NCBI GenBank assembly: GCA_016936135.1
Contig: JAFGPP010000117.1
Span: 1-49,421 of the forward strand
DNA: 49,421 nucleotides
Direction of reading: 5' to 3'
Source: Thermoplasmatota archaeon
GTDB taxonomy: Archaea > Thermoplasmatota > E2 > DHVEG-1
Shown: positions 27,377 through 34,616 of the stretch, in pieces
How the letters are laid out: the number at the start of each line of letters is the position of its first letter
Numbering within the stretch: the first letter of the stretch is position 1
Position numbers and translations under genes: made by a program
Notes under the pieces: generated by a model
Databases searched by the model: none
The model's input: only the letters and a program-made list of their open reading frames with translations
What the model was told of the DNA's origin: nothing

Positions 27377-27954
27377 AAGAAAAAACAGTTGAAGATATTG
27401 TCCTTGAAATAAAGGATAAATCCGAACTCATGCTGGACCTTGCTTATTCTTCTTTGATATATGATAATAAAACAATAGCCAAAGAAGTTTATGATCTAGA
27501 AGATTTAATTGATGACATGTATCACACCTTGCAGGAAAAAACTTTAGAAGCAGTTAGGGGCAAGGAGCTAAGTGTTAGTGATGCTCTAAGCATCCTACGG
27601 CTTGCAGAATGTGGGGAGAAAATCGCAGATGCTGGGCAAGAAATTGTTGATGTCGAACTACGAGATGTTGAATTACATCCAATCTTAAAAATGAGTATTA
27701 GGGAATCCGATGTAGTATTTACTCGCGTTCTTGTTGAACCTTCTTCAGTATTATGCAACAAAACACTTGGTGAAATTAAACTTGCAAGTGAAACAGGTAT
27801 GACAGTTATTGCAATGAGACACCAAGATACCTGGCTTTACGGACCAAATAAAAATACAAGAATTGATGCTGGGGATATTTTATTTGCTAAAGGTCCAGAA
27901 GATGGAGAAAAACATTTGATTGATTTAGCAGCTGGAAAGACTACTAAGATTTAA
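27373..27954 (+). CDS. PhoU-like helical domain plus TrkA-C (RCK_C) regulatory protein, copy 2
   Basis: 193 aa paralogue (LGEIKLASETGMTVIAMRHQDTWLYGPNKNTRIDAGDILFAKG), with a 4-nt overlap. Confidence 0.65.
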   Translation: MKEKTVEDIVLEIKDKSELMLDLAYSSLIYDNKTIAKEVYDLEDLIDDMYHTLQEKTLEAVRGKELSVSDALSILRLAECGEKIADAGQEIVDVELRDVELHPILKMSIRESDVVFTRVLVEPSSVLCNKTLGEIKLASETGMTVIAMRHQDTWLYGPNKNTRIDAGDILFAKGPEDGEKHLIDLAAGKTTKI

Positions 27955-28010
27955 ATTTCCTTGGAAAATTATTTCAATAATTTTTATAATATAACGATGG
28001 TTGAATCCAG

Positions 28011-28169
28011 ATGGTTCGTGGAATGGATGGAGAAAAACCGAAAAAAAAACACACCGGTTTAATGCAGGATAAAGATTACATTACCGAGGCTATGCTTCAA
28101 GGTGGCAAAGCCTATGGCAAAATAATTAAGGGATTAAGTAAGAAATCAAGTCAAAAGAAAAAGAAATAG
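28011..28169 (+). CDS. Possible small Lys-rich protein (52 aa), not in the ORF track
   Basis: My manual translation: MVRGMDGEKPKKKHTGLMQDKDYITEAMLQGGKAYGKIIKGLSKKSSQKKKK. No clear SD; contains an A9 run. Speculative. Confidence 0.2.
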   Translation: MVRGMDGEKPKKKHTGLMQDKDYITEAMLQGGKAYGKIIKGLSKKSSQKKKK

Positions 28170-28195
28170 CGTAATTTATATTTGATATTATCAAA

Positions 28196-29437
28196 CTAGA
28201 AAAACTTCCAGATAAGTATTGCATCCTCTGCAGCGTTTCCTGCATTATCATAGGCAATTACTTTTAGAAAATGCATTGAAAAAGACATTTCAAACCATGT
28301 CCAAACAAACGATTCACCTGTAAAATTTTCCCTTAATTGATTATCTATGTACAATTCCAAATATGCTACACCAGATTCCTCATCTGTTGCAATAGATCCA
28401 ATTTCAATAAATCCTAAAGCTATTGGACTCAAAAACCCCATTATTTTATTGTTTCTGACATATATACCATTTTCAGGTTGAATTATTTTTACAAAGGGCG
28501 GAGTGGAATCAGGAATTTCTATTGTCACCATAGCAAGATCAGTTGCTTTATATCCCAAGCTATCGTTAACAATCAATATTGCAGTGTAAATTCCTTCATT
28601 AAGATAAGTGTGTTTCGGATTCTGAAAAGTGGATATGCCTCCATCGCAAAAATCCCAATAATATGAGTAAGGTGGTTTTCCGCCGCTAGCAGACCCGCTG
28701 AATTGAATTGGTTTATTTATTAAACCCCTATAAGGTCCATTTGCTTCTGCAGCAAGGCTTTCGGTTATATAAAAAATATTAATCAATTTGGATTTTGCAA
28801 TATTTCCACAAAAATCAATGGCCCAAAAGTGAAAAGCGTATCTGCCAACAATATCATAGGTTTGATTACAATAATAGCATTCACCATTGTTGTTTGATAA
28901 TATCGATAAGTTTTCCTTACTAAGATTAGGGTATTGAATAACGACCCGCACGTCTTTTAACCCATTATTATCCTCAGCATTCGCAGATAAATTTATGTAT
29001 CCTCCAGCTTGTTGAAGAGCAGGAGAAACTTGTTCATTAAATATCTGAGGCTTTTCTACATCACTAATTGATACATTCTTAGAAGTTTTGTCGATAAAAC
29101 CGTCATTATCTTCAATTGACAAGGTCACATTGTATATTCCACAGGTTAGATATGTGTGATTTATAATTTTTCCATCACCCCCTGTAAAATCTCCAAAATC
29201 CCAATAATATTCTATTATTACTCCGTCAGGGTCAAATGATGATGAGGCATTAAAAATCACGAATCTGCCATAGACCAAACAATTGAAGTCGGCAAATGGA
29301 GGTTCTTTATCAAATCCACAAATTAACTCAATACTTCCAGAATCACAATTTCTCAAAAGTGATAAGGAACCAGCAGGTGAAACACTAGCTGAAATTGTGA
29401 AAATAGTTATTATGGTTAGAATAATTGATTTTTTCAT
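28196..29437 (-). CDS. Secreted PKD-domain surface protein
   Basis: 413 aa with a signal peptide. Two clear PKD repeats (FDPDGVIIEYYWDFGD...HTY...YNVTLSIEDNDG; YSYYWDFCDG...HTY...YTAILIVNDSLG). Confidence 0.75.
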   Translation of the reverse strand: MKKSIILTIITIFTISASVSPAGSLSLLRNCDSGSIELICGFDKEPPFADFNCLVYGRFVIFNASSSFDPDGVIIEYYWDFGDFTGGDGKIINHTYLTCGIYNVTLSIEDNDGFIDKTSKNVSISDVEKPQIFNEQVSPALQQAGGYINLSANAEDNNGLKDVRVVIQYPNLSKENLSILSNNNGECYYCNQTYDIVGRYAFHFWAIDFCGNIAKSKLINIFYITESLAAEANGPYRGLINKPIQFSGSASGGKPPYSYYWDFCDGGISTFQNPKHTYLNEGIYTAILIVNDSLGYKATDLAMVTIEIPDSTPPFVKIIQPENGIYVRNNKIMGFLSPIALGFIEIGSIATDEESGVAYLELYIDNQLRENFTGESFVWTWFEMSFSMHFLKVIAYDNAGNAAEDAILIWKFF

Positions 29438-29534
29438 ATAAAATTTCTCGCTGGTAATTTAGCAAAAGTTATACTTTTTCAGGTCTTAAAATTTATGTAT
29501 TGAAAAATATTCAAATACATACATTATAAATAAT

Positions 29535-30398
29535 TTAATCTTTCTTTATAACATGGGCACCAGATTGATCAACCTTACAAACATATACTTTGCCAAAGTT
29601 TGAAAGAACTTTAGACAATTTATCAGTATCGCCACATGCAAATAAGGAATTTCCAAGCATGCACATACTCCCGGTACCATAACCCTTGGCAACATTAATT
29701 GCCTCGTTTACACGGTTTTCTGCAAGTCCTGTTTTTTTGGTGAAGAGCTGCGACATTAAGAATAGGTTTTCTATTGTCGGATTATCAATTAACTTTTTTA
29801 TACAATATTTGCCGTACTGAGAGATATCTACTATTTTTTCACGATCAGATAGAATTTTACTAGTATCCAGTTGATCACCAATGACACATAAAACTAAATC
29901 CAATGAACCAGGAATGTGCTCTATCATTCCCCATGGGGGAAGCCCCGCTTCTTTTCTTATTTCAATTCCGCCAAAACAACTTGCTATAACATCTCCAAGT
30001 CCTGTTTTCAATTGTACTTCTGCAAAATGTGCCGCCTTCATAGCTTTCTGATTTGGTATCCCAAGTATTTTTGCAAGAGCATAACTTGCACTAACGGCAC
30101 TTGCAGCACTCATACCAAAACCCTGACCTATTGGTAAATCAAGATTCGTATGAACAGTTACATGAAGAGGTTGAACCCCTATTAGATAATTGAATGCTAA
30201 TCGAACTACTGGCGAATCACAATTTTTATTATTAATAAAAAAATCAAAGATCTGAACTTCTGAATCTTTAAACTCAACTTCCGAAACGGCACCTAACGAA
30301 AGATTGATACCCGCCCCCCGGGAACCTGTCTTTTCCATATCATATTCATTATAAACAGGTTCGAAGAATCCTGAAATGTGTCCTGGTGCAAATGCCAA
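29535..30398 (-). CDS. Pantoate kinase (archaeal GHMP-family kinase)
   Basis: 287 aa. N-terminal APGHISGFF and GHMP motif LPIGQGFGMSAASAVS. Adjacent to coaBC. Confidence 0.75.
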   Translation of the reverse strand: MAFAPGHISGFFEPVYNEYDMEKTGSRGAGINLSLGAVSEVEFKDSEVQIFDFFINNKNCDSPVVRLAFNYLIGVQPLHVTVHTNLDLPIGQGFGMSAASAVSASYALAKILGIPNQKAMKAAHFAEVQLKTGLGDVIASCFGGIEIRKEAGLPPWGMIEHIPGSLDLVLCVIGDQLDTSKILSDREKIVDISQYGKYCIKKLIDNPTIENLFLMSQLFTKKTGLAENRVNEAINVAKGYGTGSMCMLGNSLFACGDTDKLSKVLSNFGKVYVCKVDQSGAHVIKKD

Positions 30399-30413
30399 AG
30401 CCTTCAGTGATAA

Positions 30414-31616
30414 TCACCCCTTTAAAATCGTATCAAATATTTGGTCTGCGATTTCTAACTTGCTGCCTTTTTTGTTTAATGTCTTGTATTTCTTATCCAT
30501 TAACCATATTTCGGTTTCATCTTTATTTAATGCAGATATTATATTTCCAACAACAAAATCAATAGAGTATCTATCAATTAATTCTTCCATACTTTTTTTA
30601 AGACTTTCACTGCTTTCCTCCAGCTTGAAACCAACAATAGTAGCTTTTGGTGCAAGCTTTCTCAAAATAGTCATTATTTTTTTTGTAGGTTTTAGTTCAA
30701 TTATAAGTTTTTCACGTTTTGAAGATATCTTTCCATTGATTTTATCAGGTTTATAATCTGCTAATGCTGCGCACAATACTATAATATTAAACTTAGTTAA
30801 TGAAGTTGTTTCAAGCAGTTCAATCAATTCATCTAAGGTGGAAAATCTTGAATAATTTAGAAATTCAGGAACGGGTTCAGAACTACATCCATACCATAAT
30901 TCAACCTTTGCTCCTCTAAGAAATGAACTCATGGCTAGTGAAATGGCTGTTTTTCCTGAACTTTGATTTGAAATTGCTCTGACATCGTCAATTGGTTCGA
31001 TAGAAGATCCGCCTATTATCAGCACATTTTTGTTTTTTAAATCAGACACACCAATAAGTCTGATTACGTTTGTAACAATTTCTTTTATACTTGGAAGCTT
31101 AGCTTTATTGCGCTCAATCTTTGGATCAATAAAATTTATACCGATTTTTTTGCATTTTTCAATATTTTCCTGAACGAATTTGTGATTATACATAGATAAA
31201 TGCATTGCAGGTACAATTATTATGGGAATTTTTGACCCTATTGCAGTTGATGCAAAAGTTGTAACAGCAGTGTCATCAATTCCATAGGAGATTTTTGAAA
31301 TTGTATTTGCAGTACAAGGTGAAATCAAAAAAAGATCTGCTTTATCGGAAACTCGGCCGCACATCTCAACGTGTTGGGTTTCACCAGTTAAACTAATAAT
31401 TGGTTCAACCCCAGTTGCAAACCATAATGCATCTGGATGAATAATTCTTGTAGCAGCCGGGGTCATTACCGGATAAACTCTTGAACCATGTCTAATTAGT
31501 TCCCGAGCCAATTTTACTGTTTCAACAGCCGCAATACTTCCCGTAACACCCAGAACGATTTTCTTGTCTTGCAGTTTTTTACTTTTTTCACCACGAATCT
31601 CGTCTGCTGGATGCAT
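30414..31616 (-). CDS. coaBC: Bifunctional phosphopantothenoylcysteine decarboxylase / phosphopantothenate-cysteine ligase
   Basis: 400 aa. Flavoprotein N-domain (LGVTGSIAAVETVKLAREL) and DFP C-domain (EPIDDVRAISNQSSGKTA). Confidence 0.9.
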   Translation of the reverse strand: MHPADEIRGEKSKKLQDKKIVLGVTGSIAAVETVKLARELIRHGSRVYPVMTPAATRIIHPDALWFATGVEPIISLTGETQHVEMCGRVSDKADLFLISPCTANTISKISYGIDDTAVTTFASTAIGSKIPIIIVPAMHLSMYNHKFVQENIEKCKKIGINFIDPKIERNKAKLPSIKEIVTNVIRLIGVSDLKNKNVLIIGGSSIEPIDDVRAISNQSSGKTAISLAMSSFLRGAKVELWYGCSSEPVPEFLNYSRFSTLDELIELLETTSLTKFNIIVLCAALADYKPDKINGKISSKREKLIIELKPTKKIMTILRKLAPKATIVGFKLEESSESLKKSMEELIDRYSIDFVVGNIISALNKDETEIWLMDKKYKTLNKKGSKLEIADQIFDTILKG

Positions 31617-31637
31617 TCACATCACAAAATACAAAAA

Positions 31638-32078
31638 TTATCTTACAACCATAACAGATCGATTGGCATGCCTGACCACTTTGTCTGTTACACTGCCAAG
31701 CAAAAACCTTCCTTCTTTCCCATACCCCTTGTAACCAATAATAATTACATCAACGCCATGTTTTTTTCCAGCTAAAAGAATTTCATCAGCAGGATCTCCT
31801 GATTCAACTGCAACTTCAGTCTTTTTAACACGGCCTTCGGCAGTTTTTGCCACTTTTCTTAATGTTTCCGCAGCTTTTTCTTTAAAACTACCGGATTTCA
31901 CAATTGAACTGAGATCAATTGTTGGCAGCAACATTTTTGTAAAAGAAGATTCTGCCAGTTCTGCTGGTATTACAGTAAGAAAAACCATTTCATCTTCCTT
32001 TTTTGAACAATTAATAGCTACTTCCACAGCTTTTTTTGATGCATCTGAACCGTCATAGGCAACAAGTATTTTTTTCAT
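31638..32078 (-). CDS. Universal stress protein (UspA family)
   Basis: 146 aa with KILVAYDGSDASKKA and GSVTDKVVRHANRSVMVV. Confidence 0.85.
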   Translation of the reverse strand: MKKILVAYDGSDASKKAVEVAINCSKKEDEMVFLTVIPAELAESSFTKMLLPTIDLSSIVKSGSFKEKAAETLRKVAKTAEGRVKKTEVAVESGDPADEILLAGKKHGVDVIIIGYKGYGKEGRFLLGSVTDKVVRHANRSVMVVR

Positions 32079-32131
32079 ACTAAATCGGAATGGAATAATA
32101 ATATCATATTATAAAATGTTTCTAATGAGAA

Positions 32132-32650
32132 TCATCGACAAAGATAGCAAATAAAATCCGACAAGGGCATTCCATTTTCCCATCTCATCACATAATTACC
32201 GTTTTTACTAGATTCAAGTTTAGGTATTCGCCTGTGAAGTACCTTTAATCTTCCTTCTAGACCATCAATATCAAGCGAAAATATTTTCCATGAATCGCCT
32301 CTGTGGTTTTTCAATCTAAAAGCGTAAATAGGTAGAGTTTTTGTTTTCTCACATAACTTAGCCATAACATCTGCCTGCTGCTGGAGTTTTCCGCCAATGC
32401 TGCTGAAATGAAGGGTATCTCCAACACTTGTCTTAATTTCCATTAAAAAGGAAACATCGCCTCTGACAGCCACAAGGTCAACACCAAGGGATCCAGCAGC
32501 CCTTATTACAGCAAAGGGTTTTTGAAAAATTTGTTCGTAATTATTTTTTTCCAATGCTGAGCAAGTTTTCGTAATTCTTACAAGTGTTTTTTCTTCTCCT
32601 TCCAAAATATTTTTTAATTCTCTTTCGTACTGACTACCACCCATATACAT
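32132..32650 (-). CDS. hjc: Hjc-family Holliday junction resolvase with insertion and C-terminal extension
   Basis: 172 aa. Hjc pattern GSQYERELKNILEG ... FAVIRAAGSLGVDLVAV ... FLMEIKTS, giving catalytic E, D and E-x-K. About 26 aa are inserted after the first helix, and there is an extra ~40-aa tail. Confidence 0.65.
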   Translation of the reverse strand: MYMGGSQYERELKNILEGEEKTLVRITKTCSALEKNNYEQIFQKPFAVIRAAGSLGVDLVAVRGDVSFLMEIKTSVGDTLHFSSIGGKLQQQADVMAKLCEKTKTLPIYAFRLKNHRGDSWKIFSLDIDGLEGRLKVLHRRIPKLESSKNGNYVMRWENGMPLSDFICYLCR

Positions 32651-32733
32651 TACCTATATAACAATCGAAAGGTTTTAATGTTTAGGATAAATTGTTAATG
32701 TATAAAAGTTGTTAAAGATTTGGAGTAAAATTA

Positions 32734-33288
32734 ATGAGCCGAGGTAGTTTCCTAGTTAGAGAAGCAATGAAAATGAATCCTGTTACAGTTGGACCAGAGG
32801 CAACTGTAATGCATGCAGCTCAAAGGATGAAAGAAAAAAAAATCGGAAACTGTATTGTAGTTGATAAAAAACCAATCGGTATTATAACCGAAAGCGACAT
32901 ACTAAAAAAGGTTGTGGCCTTGGATTTGAAAGCTAGCGAGGTAAAGGTCAAGGACATCATGACCAGCCCAATTATCATTACTGATCCAAATATCTATTTG
33001 GAAGAGGCAATTAAAATGATGGGGAAATGCAACATAAGAAGATTGCCCGTAGTGGAAAACGGTCAGCTTATTGGCATTTTAACCCAAAGAGATGTTTCAA
33101 GAATGTCGCCTGTCATGCATGAAATATCTCGAGAATGGTACAATATTTCACGAAAGGACGAAGCATTCTTACGCTCACAAGTTTTTTCTGGAAAGTGTGA
33201 GGATTGCGGCGCACTTTCCACAAACCTAAGAACCATAGAAGGAAGGCTAATCTGTGAGGACTGTATTGACGCCTTGAAATATGAGTAG
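32734..33288 (+). CDS. CBS-pair protein with C-terminal zinc ribbon
   Basis: 184 aa. Two CBS motifs, then CEDCGALSTNLRTIEGRLICEDC. Confidence 0.8.
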   Translation: MSRGSFLVREAMKMNPVTVGPEATVMHAAQRMKEKKIGNCIVVDKKPIGIITESDILKKVVALDLKASEVKVKDIMTSPIIITDPNIYLEEAIKMMGKCNIRRLPVVENGQLIGILTQRDVSRMSPVMHEISREWYNISRKDEAFLRSQVFSGKCEDCGALSTNLRTIEGRLICEDCIDALKYE

Positions 33289-33323
33289 TGGTTAGAATAT
33301 CAGTTTGAGGAGATTATGATAAA

Positions 33324-34097
33324 ATGAAAGTTGAAGAGGTAATGACAAAGGAAATAATTTCTGTCGACAAAGACGTTGAGTTGGAATTAGTTCTCAAATT
33401 AATGAAAAAACATGATATAACAAAGATACCTGTTCTTGAAGAAAAAAAGTTAATCGGAATTGTAACTGACAATTTAATTGCCTACAAATTGGGCGCAATA
33501 AGAACACGTGGTGTTCCTGCCTCAAGATTGCACGCATCATCAGTTACCGAAAAGGATGTTGTAGTGATTTCACCAGATACGGATATCGACGATGTTCTTA
33601 AGGAGGTTGGAGAACCTGGACTTACCATGCTTCCGGTTGTTGAAAAAGATAAATTAGTAGGGGTTCTGACAAAGGCGGATTTGTTGCCTCTAGTAAAAAG
33701 TAAGAAAAAAATTAAGGAAATCATGCACAAGAGATTAGTTGCTGTATCTCCCACTGATAGGGTAATTCATGCCCGTCGACAAATGATAAACGAAAAAGTA
33801 GCAAGACTTCCTGTACTTAATCAAGGGAAACTTGTTGGTATGATTTCAGATACCGAAATTGCTTTTGCCCTTGCAGAATTAAAATCCCTTCCGTTGGGCA
33901 GACAGAAACGTAGGCTTGATGAGTTGATCGTTTCAGATGTAATGAAAACCCTAGTTGTTTGGACAGAAGGGGGAATATCCGTTGAGGAAGCTGCAAAAAT
34001 AATGCTAAAACACAACATAGGTGCACTTCCAATCCTGGAAGATGAAAAAATAGTTGGATTGGTTACAAGAACTGACCTAATACGAACAATAAATTGA
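33324..34097 (+). CDS. Four-CBS-domain protein
   Basis: 257 aa. Four repeats of the pattern (V.D/EVM...I...V...KL.GI.T..DL). Confidence 0.8.
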   Translation: MKVEEVMTKEIISVDKDVELELVLKLMKKHDITKIPVLEEKKLIGIVTDNLIAYKLGAIRTRGVPASRLHASSVTEKDVVVISPDTDIDDVLKEVGEPGLTMLPVVEKDKLVGVLTKADLLPLVKSKKKIKEIMHKRLVAVSPTDRVIHARRQMINEKVARLPVLNQGKLVGMISDTEIAFALAELKSLPLGRQKRRLDELIVSDVMKTLVVWTEGGISVEEAAKIMLKHNIGALPILEDEKIVGLVTRTDLIRTIN

Positions 34098-34132
34098 GAG
34101 AATTTAAGTAATGAATAATATTTTGGTATGCG

Positions 34133-34528
34133 ATGAGTTACCATATACCATCTGATGAACAAATCGAAAAAGCTTTAGTTAAAGTCTTGAATAAGTTTCA
34201 TACAGTTCAATCGCAATCAAAGTTGAAACAATTGATCAACAAATCTCTGGACACCAAAAAAAATAGATATGGTGTAACTGGTGAAAGAATTAGAAAGGTT
34301 GCAATTAATTCAGATTTTATAAGATTGGAAATTCATTCTCGTGAGGGAGATCCTAAAAAATTGCTGACCAAATGCCCCGTGTGTGAAGGGCAGTTAAAAA
34401 AAGTAAAAAATCTAACAATCTGGGGCGGTGAAGTTACAATTGAATTTAGATGCTCAACCTGTGGATACTGGACAGGAAAAAAGAAAAGAGTTCCAACTCG
34501 ATATGTTTTTTATCTTAAAAAGAAATGA
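34133..34528 (+). CDS. Hypothetical zinc-ribbon protein
   Basis: 131 aa, basic. CPVCEG ... CSTCGYW gives a four-Cys ribbon. No family recognised. Confidence 0.5.
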   Translation: MSYHIPSDEQIEKALVKVLNKFHTVQSQSKLKQLINKSLDTKKNRYGVTGERIRKVAINSDFIRLEIHSREGDPKKLLTKCPVCEGQLKKVKNLTIWGGEVTIEFRCSTCGYWTGKKKRVPTRYVFYLKKK

Positions 34529-34616
34529 TTTATTTTTTTTAATTAAAGACATCATAAAAATAATTTCTACAATAAAAGATTTATATAATCTCTTTTACAT
34601 ATATTAAAAGGTAAGT

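Noticed and set aside
30376-30756. 126-aa plus-strand ORF spanning the pantoate kinase / coaBC junction
   Set aside because: It is antisense to two confidently assigned genes and its translation is low complexity.
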